NCBI GenBank assembly: GCA_044344255.1
Contig: JBIJDH010000014.1
Coordinates: 96,001 to 160,000 of the forward strand
Length of the DNA stretch: 64,000 nt
Direction: 5' to 3'
Source: Myxococcota bacterium
GTDB lineage: Bacteria > Myxococcota_A > UBA796 > UBA2385
The notes under the pieces are model-generated. The model ran no database searches. It was not told the origin of the DNA and worked only from the letters and a program-made list of their open reading frames with translations. Below, one piece after another: positions 22,070 through 32,134 of the stretch (position 1 is the first letter of the stretch; each line of letters starts with the position of its first letter). Position numbers and translations under genes: made by a program.

Positions 22070-23566
22070 TTGCGCCTGCCTACACCTTCACCACTCGCCG
22101 CGCTGCTCACGGCGCTGCCGCTCCTGCTCTTCGCAGGCTGCGGGCGCCCGCCGCTCCGCGCGCGCGTGGGCGGGCCGCCGTCGATCGTGCTCATCTCGCT
22201 CGACACCTTTCGGGCCGATCGGCTCGGCGTGCTCGGCAACCCCGACGGGATCACGCCCAACCTCGACCGCCTCGCCGGGGAGTCCACCCTCTTCACGGCC
22301 GCCCACAGCCAGGCCACCACCACCGGCCCCTCGCACGGGGCGGTGTTCACCGGGCGCTACCCGACTGAGCTCTTCGGGCGCGGCCGCGACATCCACCTCG
22401 ACCCGAGCCGCCCCACCCTCGCCACGGTGCTCGGCCTCTACGGATACCAGACCGGCGCCTTCGTGGGCGGGGCCGATCTCAGCGTCGAGTTCGGCCTCGG
22501 GGAGGGCTTCTCGACCTACCGGGCGCCGGTCGACTTCGGCTCGCTCTGGCACACCGCGCCCCTCGCCCTGTCCTGGCTCGACGCGCAGCCCGCGGACGCC
22601 CCCTTCTTCCTGTTCGTCCACGGCTACGACACGCACAGCAGCTACCTCAAGCCCGATCCCTACGGCTACCTGTTCGCCCGCGCGGACTACACCGGCACCG
22701 GGGCGGTGGCCGTGAAGGGCTCGACCGAGCAGGTCTTCGACGGCTGGCTCTATGGGGACCTGCGCGCCCCCGCCCAGCTCTTCGGCGCGATGCTCCGCCC
22801 CCGCTCGCCGCTCGGGCGGGAGCGCCTGCTGGCCCTCGACCGCGCCCAGGGCGACCAGCCCCAGCCCTTCTCCGAGGCCGACGGCGCGCACGTCCGCGCC
22901 GTCTACGACGGGGCCGCCGCTTACGCCGACGCCCAGGTGGGCCTGCTCCTCGCGGGGCTCCAGGAGCGGGGGGTGCTCGAGGAGGCGGTGGTGGTGGTGA
23001 TGGCCGATCACGGCGAGCAGCTCGGCGAGCAGGGCCTCTACGGCCACTGCTGCGGCGCCGAGGACGCGGAGACCCACGTGCCCCTGCTCATCCGCTTGCC
23101 CGGCGGCGCGGGGGGTGGCCGGCGGGTGGACGCCGTCGTCGAGCTCTTTGACCTCGCCCCCACCCTGCTCGAGCTCGCCGGGGCCACCCGACCGGCGGAG
23201 ATGAAGGCCCGCTCCCTCGTCCCCACCCTGACCACCGGCGCGCCCCCCGAGGACACCTTCGCCCTCTCCTTCGGTGGCCTCGGCTTCCCCTTCACGTCTG
23301 CACGCAGCGCGGCCGGGCGCCTCACCTACGCAGGGGTGCCCGCCTGGCTGCCCCTCGCCGCGGACTACGTCGCCGCCGCCCGCCTCGCGGGCCCGAGCTT
23401 CACCCGCTCCGCCGGACTCTCCGAGGCAGACGCGGCGCCCCTCCACGACGCGCTGGTGGCGCGGCTCCGCGGCCTCTCGCCCTCGCCCCAGGCCGCCCCG
23501 GCGCCGATGTCAGACGACCTGAAGCAGGAGCTGCGGTCTCATGGGTACTGGGACGTGCAGCCATGA
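22070..23566 (+). CDS. Sulfatase / alkaline-phosphatase superfamily lipoprotein
   Basis: IVLISLDTFRADRL, TPNLDRLA, PSHGAVFTG.YP, FLFVHGYDTH, ADHGEQLGE, HVPLLIR. Confidence 0.9.
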   Translation: MRLPTPSPLAALLTALPLLLFAGCGRPPLRARVGGPPSIVLISLDTFRADRLGVLGNPDGITPNLDRLAGESTLFTAAHSQATTTGPSHGAVFTGRYPTELFGRGRDIHLDPSRPTLATVLGLYGYQTGAFVGGADLSVEFGLGEGFSTYRAPVDFGSLWHTAPLALSWLDAQPADAPFFLFVHGYDTHSSYLKPDPYGYLFARADYTGTGAVAVKGSTEQVFDGWLYGDLRAPAQLFGAMLRPRSPLGRERLLALDRAQGDQPQPFSEADGAHVRAVYDGAAAYADAQVGLLLAGLQERGVLEEAVVVVMADHGEQLGEQGLYGHCCGAEDAETHVPLLIRLPGGAGGGRRVDAVVELFDLAPTLLELAGATRPAEMKARSLVPTLTTGAPPEDTFALSFGGLGFPFTSARSAAGRLTYAGVPAWLPLAADYVAAARLAGPSFTRSAGLSEADAAPLHDALVARLRGLSPSPQAAPAPMSDDLKQELRSHGYWDVQP

Positions 23567-24282
23567 GGCGGCTCGGCTGCGGCCTCGTGCTGATCGGCAC
23601 CCTCGCCTGTTCGCCCCGCCCCGAGGGCCCCTGGACCCGCGAGGCCGCCCTGGCCCCCACCCTCGCCCGCGTCGAGGCGGCGGGGGGCCCGGCGATGAGC
23701 CCCGGCGAGCTCGACGCCCTCGTCACGGAGCGCGACCCCGCCGCCCTCCAGAGCCTGGCCGGCCGCGGCATCTCCGAAGAGAAGGCGAAGGCGCCGCAGG
23801 GGGGGGGGCCGAAGGGGGAAGGGCCGGAGGCCGGAGGTCGAGGCAAGGCCGGGAAGCAGGGCAAGGCCGGGAAGCAGGGCAAGGCCGGGAAGCAGGGCAA
23901 GGCCGGGAAGGCCGCCCCCGGAGAGGGAGCCCGCACCCACATCGCCTCGGCGGAGGGGCCCGATCCCCACGCCACCTGCCTGCAGGTGGAGGCCCTTCGG
24001 CAGGAGGTCCTGGCGCTGCGGCCGGACGCGCCCATCGCCAGCGAGGCGGAGGTGGGGGCCGTCTGCCTGCACCGCGGCCTCTCCGACCCCGCTGTCCAGG
24101 CCCTCCTCCCCCCCATGTTCGGCGCCGCGGCCGAGGTGGGGCTCCCCCTCCCGGCCGGCCTGCCCGCCGCCGCGGGGCTCTCCGCGGCGCCCGAGGCCGG
24201 GGCGACGCTCAGCGCGCCTCAGGCGCCAGGGGGTCCTCCGAGCCCACCCGGACCCCCACCACCGCGCCCCGCTGGACGGTGA
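23563..24282 (+). CDS. Hypothetical lipoprotein with GKAGKQ repeats and Pro-rich tail
   Basis: Lipobox TLAC; ATG lies within the last codons of the sulfatase. Confidence 0.6.
   Translation: MRRLGCGLVLIGTLACSPRPEGPWTREAALAPTLARVEAAGGPAMSPGELDALVTERDPAALQSLAGRGISEEKAKAPQGGGPKGEGPEAGGRGKAGKQGKAGKQGKAGKQGKAGKAAPGEGARTHIASAEGPDPHATCLQVEALRQEVLALRPDAPIASEAEVGAVCLHRGLSDPAVQALLPPMFGAAAEVGLPLPAGLPAAAGLSAAPEAGATLSAPQAPGGPPSPPGPPPPRPAGR
23842..23910 (+). repeat. 18-bp tandem repeat ggcaaggccgggaagcag (about 3.8 copies)
   Basis: Directly visible; encodes (GKAGKQ)n. Confidence 0.9.
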
Positions 24283-25387
24283 GGGCGAGGCGGCCGGCCC
24301 GCAGGTCGAGGGCGTCCCGACCGAAGAGATCTCGCCGCCACCCGCTCATGCAGGGGAGCTTCGGTCGCTCGACCGCGGCGAGCTGATCGAGGTCATCGCG
24401 GCTGGCCACGAGGCGGGTGGCCACCCCGGCGGCGTCACAGCGTAGGCGGAGCAGGGCCTGCAGCAGGGCCACGAGGGAGTCGTCGGGATCGAGCGGCGCC
24501 TTCCGCTCCGGCAGCGGCGGCCAGCTCGACTCGGGCTGGGAGAGGGCCTCGGCCACCCGCAGGAGGATCGCCCGCCCGTCGGCCCCGCGCGCGGCGCCGC
24601 CCTTGAGGCCCCGCACCCGGGCGAGGGCGTCGACGTCCTCGGGCTCATGCCCCGCGATCTCAACCAGCGCCTCATCGGGGAGCAGCCAGCCGGTGGGCAT
24701 GTCGCGCTCCATCGCTGTCTCTTCGCGCCAGGCGGCGACCTCGCGCAGCACCGCGAGCAGGCGCCGCGAGGGCCCCCGCACCCGGATGCGCCGCCAGACC
24801 TCGCGGGGCTCGACCTTGTACCGCCGCTCTTCGGCGAGGCTGGCCATGTCCTCGGCCACCCAGCTCCGCCGACCGCGCTGGTCCAGCTCGGCCGTGAGCT
24901 GCTCGTAGATCTTGCAGAGGTGGGTGACGTCGCCGATGGCGTAGACGACCTGCCGGTGGGTCAGCGGGCGCAGCGACCAGTCAGTGGCCTGAGACGCCTT
25001 GTCGAGGTTGATCCCCAGGATACGCGACACGAGCGTCGCGTAGCCCGGCTGGTCGCCGTGACCGGCGGCCGAGGCCGCGATCTGGGTGTCGAAGACCGGC
25101 CCCGGGACCACGCCCAGGCGCTGGTAGAAGATGGCGAGGTCCTGGCTCGCGGCGTGAAAGACCTTGAGCACCCGCGGGTTGAGCAGCAGGCTGCGCAGCG
25201 GCGCGAGATCGAGCTCCGGCGCGAGGACATCGATGGCCGCTGCGTGTTCGCCGTGGGCCACCTGAACGAGGCACAGCCGGGCGTAGTAGGTCCGCTCGCG
25301 CAGGAACTCGGTGTCCACGGCGATGTAGGGGGCGCCCTCGAGCGCGGCACAGAATTCAGCGAGCGTGGCGGAGTCAGTGATGAGCAT
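24209..25387 (-). CDS. rnd: Ribonuclease D
   Basis: AVDTEFLRERTYYARLCLVQ, KVFHAASQD, FDTQIAA, TDWSLRPL..Q..YA..DV; HRDC domains; GWRR. Confidence 0.95.
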   Translation of the reverse strand: MLITDSATLAEFCAALEGAPYIAVDTEFLRERTYYARLCLVQVAHGEHAAAIDVLAPELDLAPLRSLLLNPRVLKVFHAASQDLAIFYQRLGVVPGPVFDTQIAASAAGHGDQPGYATLVSRILGINLDKASQATDWSLRPLTHRQVVYAIGDVTHLCKIYEQLTAELDQRGRRSWVAEDMASLAEERRYKVEPREVWRRIRVRGPSRRLLAVLREVAAWREETAMERDMPTGWLLPDEALVEIAGHEPEDVDALARVRGLKGGAARGADGRAILLRVAEALSQPESSWPPLPERKAPLDPDDSLVALLQALLRLRCDAAGVATRLVASRDDLDQLAAVERPKLPCMSGWRRDLFGRDALDLRAGRLALTVQRGAVVGVRVGSEDPLAPEAR

Positions 25388-25469
25388 GCGGCCTCAGCGG
25401 GGCCGCCCCTCTACCCCCATTACGCCCTCGCTGTCAGCCTGAGCCTGTCCGCCGGAGCGGGCGCGGCGC

Positions 25470-26111
25470 TCAGCCGTACCGCTTGCTGGCCCGCTGCAGG
25501 AGCGGGCTCAGCAGGGCGGTGGGCGCCAGCCACACGAGGGGCTCGGGGACGGAGGGGACATAGTTGGTGAGGACCGCCGCCGCGAAGGCCGTGAGGCCGG
25601 CGATGAGGCCGCCGCCGATGGCGCCCAAGTGCATCGCCACCCAGCGCCGACGGGTGGCGCGGTCTCCCCGAAACCAGCGGAGGTGGACGCGCGCGAAGAG
25701 CGCCGCCCCGAGGCCCATCGCGACCGGCACCAGCCCGAGGGCGTGGCCGCGGAGGAGCGCCGACACCCCAAAGGTCGCGAAGCCGAGGCCCCCCACGACG
25801 GCGAGCAGCGCGACGGCTTGATCGAGGCGCCCGCCAGCACCCTCCTTCTGACGGCCGATCCGCCAGCCGATGAAGGTCATGTAGGCCGCGAAGGCGCCCA
25901 TCCCGAGCAGGAACAGGTTCTCCGTGACGAGCATGACGGGGGCGGCGGCCACGGTCGCGCCCGCCATCGAGAGGGCGAAGAGGCGGCCGAGCCAGCGGTG
26001 CGCGGGGGAGCCCTTGGCCACCAGGAGCGCGCCGAAGCCGCCCACGAGGGCCAGGACGCCGACGACACCGTGAATCGGCAGGAACAAGGCGCGGGCTTCT
26101 TCAGGGGTCAT
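25470..26111 (-). CDS. DUF2306-like membrane protein
   Basis: HGVVG...KGSPAHRWLGR..; six TM helices; H..AIGG..IA..TAF, WLAP. Confidence 0.75.
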   Translation of the reverse strand: MTPEEARALFLPIHGVVGVLALVGGFGALLVAKGSPAHRWLGRLFALSMAGATVAAAPVMLVTENLFLLGMGAFAAYMTFIGWRIGRQKEGAGGRLDQAVALLAVVGGLGFATFGVSALLRGHALGLVPVAMGLGAALFARVHLRWFRGDRATRRRWVAMHLGAIGGGLIAGLTAFAAAVLTNYVPSVPEPLVWLAPTALLSPLLQRASKRYG

Positions 26112-26186
26112 CGGGCGATCCTACCAGAGCCCGGCGCCCCGGAGGCGCCCCCGGCCCGCGTTAAGCTCCGAGGCCCCGGAGCCCTG

Positions 26187-28175
26187 ATGTCCGACGACCG
26201 CAGCCCAGACGCCCCCCCTGCCCTGGCGGAGCGCGCCTCGACGGCGGCGGCCCGCGTGGAGCTGGGGCCGATCCGCGGGGCCACCGCCATCGCCAGCCCC
26301 CTCCCCTTCGGCCTCGGTCACGACAAGCCCCACGCCTACCGCGCCGCCGCCGCCGCCCTCTGGGAGAGCCGCGACGCCCTGCCCTACGTCTGGCAGATCC
26401 TGAAGCAGGGGGTCTGTGACGGCTGCGCCCTCGGGCCCCGCGGCCTCCGAGATGACGTCGAAGACGGGCTCCACCTCTGCGCTCGCCGCCTCGAGGGCCT
26501 CCGGGCGCACACGATCCCCGCCCTCGCGCCGGCCGACCTCCTCGACATCGCCCTGCTCCGCCAGAAGACCGACGCCGAGCTCCAGGCCCTCGGCCGCCTG
26601 CCCTTCCCCTTCTTCTACCGGCGCGGCGACCTCGGCTTTACGCGGATCAGCTGGGAGGAGGCCTACCGCCGCTGCGCCGAGCTCGCCCCGGTGGCCGCGC
26701 CCCACCGCCTCGCCTTCCTCGCAGGCGCCGACCGCCTGAGCAACGAGGGCGCCTACGTCTTCGCCAAGGCGGCGCGCCTCCTCGGCACCCAGAACATCGA
26801 CCTCTGCGGCGCGCGGGCCAGCGTCGGGGTCGAGGCCGCCCTCACGCGCGCCCTCGGCGTGGGGGCCTCGACGGCCTCCCTCTCCGATCTCGTGGGCGCC
26901 GACCTCATTCTTTTGGTCGGGCCTGGGCTTGTTGGGACAGGGTTCGGCGCCCTCTACCCCCTCTTGCCCACCCACCTCGGCGCGGCCAAGGCCCTCGGCG
27001 GGCGCGTCGTCTCGGTGAGCCCCCACCTCGAGGAGGATCGAGACTGGTCGCCCACCGCGCTCACCACCGCCCTCTTCGGCCAGCGCCTGCTCGACGATCG
27101 GGTCCAGGTCTCCCCAGGTGGCGTGGCGCCCTTCTTCCGAGGCCTGCTGAGGGCCCTCGTCGAGCGGGGCGCCGAAGACCGCAACTATGTCGATCGACAC
27201 ACCGCCGGCTGGGAGGCCGCCCGCGCGTCGGCGCTCTCGACCCCCTGGACCGAGCTCGAGCGCCAGAGCGGCGCCTCCCGCCGCGACATCGAGTGGGTGG
27301 CCGAGCTCATCACCCGCGCCCGAACCGTGGTGACCGTGCTCCTCCCCGCGGAGCGCGCCGTCGAGGCCGCGGCGGCCGAGATCACCGCCGCGGTGGTCGA
27401 CGCCCACCTCTGTCGGGGGATGTTCGGCCGCCCGAACACCGGCATCCTGCACCTCCCCGCCCAATTCGCGGCGGTGGGCGCCCGAGACTGCGGGGTCCTC
27501 CCCGACGGCCTGCCCGGGCGGCGCCCGCTCACGGTCGAGGCGACCGCGGCCTTGGCCGAGCGCTGGGGGGTCCCGGCGCTGCCCAACCGGCCAGGGCTTT
27601 GCGCGGGGGAGATGGTGGAGGCGGCCCTCGCCGGAGAGATCGATCTGCTCTACCTCCTCGACGCGGACCTCTCCGAGCTCGGCGCCGACGCCGAGCCCCT
27701 CTCCGCGGCCGCGCGCCGGGTCCAGCTCCGCGTGCACCAGGGCAGCCGCCTCAACCGCAGCATGCTCCTCGAGCCGGGGGAGGGCCTGCTCCTCCTCCCT
27801 GCCGAGGCCCGCTACGAGCAGCGGGGCGGCGCCACCAGCACGAGCGTGGAGCGCCGCGTCCGCCTCTCCCCCGAGCTGCCGGGCCACCCCACCGTGGGCG
27901 AGAGCCGCCCCGACTTTCAGATCCCGGGAGAGCTCGCGCGCGCGCTCCGCCCCGGCCTCGCCGCCCACTTCGAGCACGCAGACGGGCGCGCGGTCCGCGC
28001 CGAGATGGAGCGCTGCCTGCCGCTCTACCGAGGCATCGGCGCGCTCGAGGCGGCGGGAGACTCGGTCCAGTGGGGGGGGCCCCGGCTCTGCACGGAGGGG
28101 CAGTTCCCCGGCCTCCCCGACCAGCGGGCCCGCTTCTCCGCCGCGCCGCTCGGCCCTCCAGCGGCGGGCGGGTGA
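26187..28175 (+). CDS. FdhF/YdeP family molybdopterin oxidoreductase-like protein (degenerate)
   Basis: GVCDGCALG..HLC..RL, LGRLPFP, RISWEEA, SNEGAYVFAK, LLLPAEARYEQRGGATSTSVERRVR, VQWGG. Confidence 0.85.
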   Translation: MSDDRSPDAPPALAERASTAAARVELGPIRGATAIASPLPFGLGHDKPHAYRAAAAALWESRDALPYVWQILKQGVCDGCALGPRGLRDDVEDGLHLCARRLEGLRAHTIPALAPADLLDIALLRQKTDAELQALGRLPFPFFYRRGDLGFTRISWEEAYRRCAELAPVAAPHRLAFLAGADRLSNEGAYVFAKAARLLGTQNIDLCGARASVGVEAALTRALGVGASTASLSDLVGADLILLVGPGLVGTGFGALYPLLPTHLGAAKALGGRVVSVSPHLEEDRDWSPTALTTALFGQRLLDDRVQVSPGGVAPFFRGLLRALVERGAEDRNYVDRHTAGWEAARASALSTPWTELERQSGASRRDIEWVAELITRARTVVTVLLPAERAVEAAAAEITAAVVDAHLCRGMFGRPNTGILHLPAQFAAVGARDCGVLPDGLPGRRPLTVEATAALAERWGVPALPNRPGLCAGEMVEAALAGEIDLLYLLDADLSELGADAEPLSAAARRVQLRVHQGSRLNRSMLLEPGEGLLLLPAEARYEQRGGATSTSVERRVRLSPELPGHPTVGESRPDFQIPGELARALRPGLAAHFEHADGRAVRAEMERCLPLYRGIGALEAAGDSVQWGGPRLCTEGQFPGLPDQRARFSAAPLGPPAAGG

Positions 28176-28978
28176 GCCGCGCGGGCGAGGGGGCGCGCCG
28201 GAGCCCGATCGAGCGCTGGACCCCCGGTGGCTGGGCCGACGACGACGACCTGATCGCGGTCGAAGAGCCGCTCGAGCTCCGCCTGGAAGGCGAGCCCTGG
28301 AGCGTGACCATGCGCACGCCCGGGGACGACCTCGACCTCGCCGCCGGCTACCTCATCACCGAGGGCGTGATCGACGGGCTCGACGACATCGTCGCCATGG
28401 CCCACGTAGACGACCCCTCCCTCCCGCGCGGCAACACCGTCGACATCCTGCTCGCCTCCGGGGTGCCCGCGGCCCGCCGGACGCGCGGACGGCGGGAGCG
28501 GTACGCCTCGAGCGCCTGCGGGGTCTGCGGGGTGGTGAGCGTCGAGCAGACCTTGCGGGCCCTCCCCTCGCGCGGCCCCGCGTCGCCCAGCCGCCTCGAT
28601 CCGACCGTCCTCTCCCGCCTCCCCGCGCGGCTGCGGGCGGCGCAGCCCCTCTTCGACCGGACCGGCGGCGTGCACGCCGCGGCCCTCTGCAGCGCCGACG
28701 GGGAGCTGCTCGTGCTCCGCGAGGACGTCGGGCGGCACAACGCGGTCGACAAGGTGATCGGCGCCCGCCTCCGCGCCGACGCCCCGCCCGCCCCCGGCCA
28801 GCTCCTCGTGGTGAGCGGCCGCGTGGGCTTCGAGATCGTACAGAAGGGGCTGATGGCCGGCATCTCCGCGCTGGTCGCCGTCGGGGCTCCCACCAGCCTC
28901 GCCGTCGAGCTCGCCCGTCGCGGGGGCCTCCCCCTCGTGGGCTTCCTGCGGGAGGGGCGCTTCAACCAGTACGGTTGA
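28172..28978 (+). CDS. fdhD: Formate dehydrogenase accessory sulfurtransferase
   Basis: AVEEPLEL, TMRTPG.D..LAAG.L.TEG, SSACGVCG, TGGVHAAA, REDVGRHNAVDK, SGR..FEIVQK. Confidence 0.95.
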   Translation: MSRAGEGARRSPIERWTPGGWADDDDLIAVEEPLELRLEGEPWSVTMRTPGDDLDLAAGYLITEGVIDGLDDIVAMAHVDDPSLPRGNTVDILLASGVPAARRTRGRRERYASSACGVCGVVSVEQTLRALPSRGPASPSRLDPTVLSRLPARLRAAQPLFDRTGGVHAAALCSADGELLVLREDVGRHNAVDKVIGARLRADAPPAPGQLLVVSGRVGFEIVQKGLMAGISALVAVGAPTSLAVELARRGGLPLVGFLREGRFNQYG

Positions 28979-29098
28979 GCGACGGCGCCTGCGGTGTTCT
29001 CACCTCCGCGACGCAACCGCCCACCGTTGTCACTCTGCTGTCTTGACCCTGCCGCAAAGTCGGCGACACTGAAGACGTCGCACTCCTGAGGTCTCCTG

Positions 29099-31258
29099 AT
29101 GACGCGCCTGATCCCCCTCCTCCTCCTCCCCCTCCTCGCCTGCAGCGGCGGGTCCGTTGATCAGGACGGCAAGAGCGCGGGCGCGGGCGACGAGGGCGAC
29201 GACACCCCCGAGCTGGACGGCGACGGCGACGGCTACCTCATCAGCGAGGGGGACTGCGACGACACCAACCCCGACCGGCACCCCGGCGCGGCCGAGGTCT
29301 GCAACGACCGCGACGACGACTGCGATCCGAACATCGACGAAGACGCCACCGACGCGATCACCTACTACGAAGACCTCGACTACGACGGCTACGGCAGCCC
29401 CGAGCACTCCGTCACCCGGTGCGACCCGCCCGTCGGCTACGCAACCAACGACCTCGACTGCGACGACACCCTGGCCACGATCAACCCGGAGACCCCCGAG
29501 ACCTGCAACGGCGTCGACGACGACTGCGACGGCACCCCTGACTCGCCGCCCCCCCCCGATGCCCGCACCTGGTACCTCGACGGCGACGGCGACTGGTACG
29601 GCGAGCCCTCCGGCACCACCGGCGTGATCGCCTGCGACAAGCCCACCGGCTACTCCGGCAACACCAAGGACTGCGACGACACCGACCCGGACAGCTTCCC
29701 CGGCTCCGCCGAGGCCGAGTCGAGCACCGCCTGCATGACCGACCATGACCGCGACGGCTGGGGCGATGAGTCTGCCCCGCCCGACGGCGTCGCCGGCACC
29801 GACTGCTCGGACAACGACGCGCTCACCTACCCCTCCGCCCCCGAGTCCTGCTTCGACGGCATCGACAACGGCTGCGACGGCGACACCTCCTGCGACCTCG
29901 ACACCGACCGCTGGGGGCGCCTGCTCGGCGAGGCGGCGGGTGACCGCACCGGCACCGCCATCGCCTACGTCGGCGACTGCGACGGCGACGGCAAGGGCGA
30001 CGTGGTGGTGGGGGCCTACCTCACCGACGAGGGCGTGACCGACTCCGGCTCCGGCTACTTCATCCCCGGGCCCCTCAAAGACTACGACCTCAACATCCGC
30101 AACGCCCACGGCATGTACTCGGCCCCCGCCGGCGCCGATCAGGCCGGCTACTCGGTGGGCGCCGCGGGCGACGTCAACAGCGACGGCTTCGACGACTTCT
30201 TCGTCAACGCCCAGCAGTACGACACCACCGGGAAGAGCTCGGCGGGCGGCGCCTTCCTCTACCTCGGCCCCCCGCCGGGCGGTCGGCTCGTGCTCGATGC
30301 GTCGGCCGATGTCTGGTACACCGGCAAGGCCGCCTCCGACCTCGCCGGCATCGGCGCGGTGGGCGTGGGCGACGTGAACGGCGACGGCATCGACGACATG
30401 GTGGTCGGCGCGGCCGGCAACGACGACGGGGGCACCGACTCCGGGGCCGCCTGGCTCATCGTCGGGCCCCCCACCACGGGCGCTCAGGCGCTGGGCTCCG
30501 TCGGCATCGAGCTCGTCGGTGAGGCGGCGAGCGATCAGGCGGGCCGCGCCATCGCCGGCCTCGGCGACTACGACGGCGACGGGGTGGGCGACTTCGCGAT
30601 CGGCGCGCACGTCAACGACCAGTCGAAGAGCAACGCCGGCGCTGCCTACATCTTCCTCGGCGCCCCCACGGGCAGCTCGGTCGATCTCTCGGCCGCCGAC
30701 TTCATCCTCCGGGGCTTCAACATCTCCGACTACGTGGGCTACAGCATCGCCGGCCCCGGCGACACCAACGCCGACGGCTACGATGACCTCCTCATCGGCC
30801 TCTTCGGCGATGACAACTCCGCCTCGGGCGCGGGCGCCGCCGCGCTCTTCTTGGGCGAGAGCGCGCCGGCCACCGCCTACATCACCAAGGCCGACACGAC
30901 CATCCGCGGCGAGGCCCCCGACGACCAGCTCGGGCGCGCTGTCGCCGCCGCGGGCGACCTCGACACCGATGGCAGCCCCGACGTCGCCGTCGGCGCCCAC
31001 CAGGCGAACCCCGGCGGCCTCGCCGACGCGGGGCGCGTCTACGTCTTCCTGTCCCCCCTGCCCAGCGGCGTGGTCTCGGCGGCCGCCGCCGACGGCTACG
31101 TCTCGGGCAGCTCGGCCGGGGACTACGCCGGCTCCGCCCTCGCAGGGGGCGGCGACGTCACCGGCGACGGCGCCGACGATCTCCTCGTGGGCGCCTACGG
31201 CGAAGACACCGCAGGCAGCGACGGCGGCGCCGTCTACATCCTCCCCGGGCGCCTGTAA
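29099..31258 (+). CDS. Secreted lipoprotein with MopE-like repeats and FG-GAP beta-propeller (paralogue of 18008-20332)
   Basis: Lipobox LLAC; DCDD..PGA.E.C repeats; FG-GAP blades. Confidence 0.9.
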   Translation: MTRLIPLLLLPLLACSGGSVDQDGKSAGAGDEGDDTPELDGDGDGYLISEGDCDDTNPDRHPGAAEVCNDRDDDCDPNIDEDATDAITYYEDLDYDGYGSPEHSVTRCDPPVGYATNDLDCDDTLATINPETPETCNGVDDDCDGTPDSPPPPDARTWYLDGDGDWYGEPSGTTGVIACDKPTGYSGNTKDCDDTDPDSFPGSAEAESSTACMTDHDRDGWGDESAPPDGVAGTDCSDNDALTYPSAPESCFDGIDNGCDGDTSCDLDTDRWGRLLGEAAGDRTGTAIAYVGDCDGDGKGDVVVGAYLTDEGVTDSGSGYFIPGPLKDYDLNIRNAHGMYSAPAGADQAGYSVGAAGDVNSDGFDDFFVNAQQYDTTGKSSAGGAFLYLGPPPGGRLVLDASADVWYTGKAASDLAGIGAVGVGDVNGDGIDDMVVGAAGNDDGGTDSGAAWLIVGPPTTGAQALGSVGIELVGEAASDQAGRAIAGLGDYDGDGVGDFAIGAHVNDQSKSNAGAAYIFLGAPTGSSVDLSAADFILRGFNISDYVGYSIAGPGDTNADGYDDLLIGLFGDDNSASGAGAAALFLGESAPATAYITKADTTIRGEAPDDQLGRAVAAAGDLDTDGSPDVAVGAHQANPGGLADAGRVYVFLSPLPSGVVSAAAADGYVSGSSAGDYAGSALAGGGDVTGDGADDLLVGAYGEDTAGSDGGAVYILPGRL

Positions 31259-31306
31259 GCCTCAGCGGGCGCGAGGAGCGCGGCGGGCAGACCGCGGCCG
31301 CGGCGG

Positions 31307-32134
31307 TCAGTCCAGGTCAGACGCGGCGTGCCGCTCGGCCACCGGGCGGTCGCCCCAGGTGATGTTCACCCGGGCCCCGCGCTGCACCGCCGGTCGCAGG
31401 GCGAGCTCGTTCGCCCACCGCAGGACGTGGGTGTACTCGTGCACCGCCAGGAAGGTCGCCGCCTTGTAGAGCTTGCCGCGCACCATCTCGCCGTACCAGG
31501 GCCAGATCGCGATATCGGCGATCGTGTAGGTGTCACCGACCATGTAGCGGTTCTGGGCGAGGTGCCGGTCGAGCACGTCGAGCTGGCGCTTGACCTCCAT
31601 CGTGAAGCGGTCGATCGGGTACCGCTGCTTCGTCGGCGCGTAGGCGTAGAAGTGCCCGAAGCCCCCGCCGAGCAGCGGCGCGCTGCCCATCTGCCAGAAC
31701 AGCCAGTTGAGGGCCTCGGTGCGCGCCGGCCCGGACGCGGCGAGGAAGGCCCCGAAACGCTCGGCGAGGTGCACGAGGATCGAGCCGGACTCGAACACGC
31801 GCACCGGCGGATCGGCGCTGCGGTCGAGCAGGGCCGGGATCTTGGAATTCGGGTTGACCTCGACGAAGCCGGAGCCGAATTGGTCGCCGCTGAGGATGTT
31901 GACGATCCACGCGTCATACTCGGCGCCGCTGTGACCCGCCGCGAGCAGCTCTTCGAGCATGATCGTGACCTTCTGGCCGTTCGGCGTGCCCAAGGAGTAG
32001 AGCTGAAGCGGGTGCGCGCCGACCGGCGAGGGGCGATCGTGCGTCGCGCCCGCGATCGGCCGATTGATGGTGGAGAAGCGGTTCGTCTCGGTGGTGTCCC
32101 AGGTCCAGACGTCGGGCGGTACGTACTCGCTCAT
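31307..32134 (-). CDS. yghU: Glutathione-dependent disulfide-bond oxidoreductase (Nu-class GST)
   Basis: YVPPDVWTW, INRPIAGATH, LYSLGTPNGQKVTIMLEEL, NPNSKIPAL, WLFWQMGSAP, ERHAASD. Confidence 0.95.
   Translation of the reverse strand: MSEYVPPDVWTWDTTETNRFSTINRPIAGATHDRPSPVGAHPLQLYSLGTPNGQKVTIMLEELLAAGHSGAEYDAWIVNILSGDQFGSGFVEVNPNSKIPALLDRSADPPVRVFESGSILVHLAERFGAFLAASGPARTEALNWLFWQMGSAPLLGGGFGHFYAYAPTKQRYPIDRFTMEVKRQLDVLDRHLAQNRYMVGDTYTIADIAIWPWYGEMVRGKLYKAATFLAVHEYTHVLRWANELALRPAVQRGARVNITWGDRPVAERHAASDLD

Noticed and set aside
26187..28175. Selenocysteine formate dehydrogenase
   Set aside because: No in-frame TGA, and the protein is YdeP-type.
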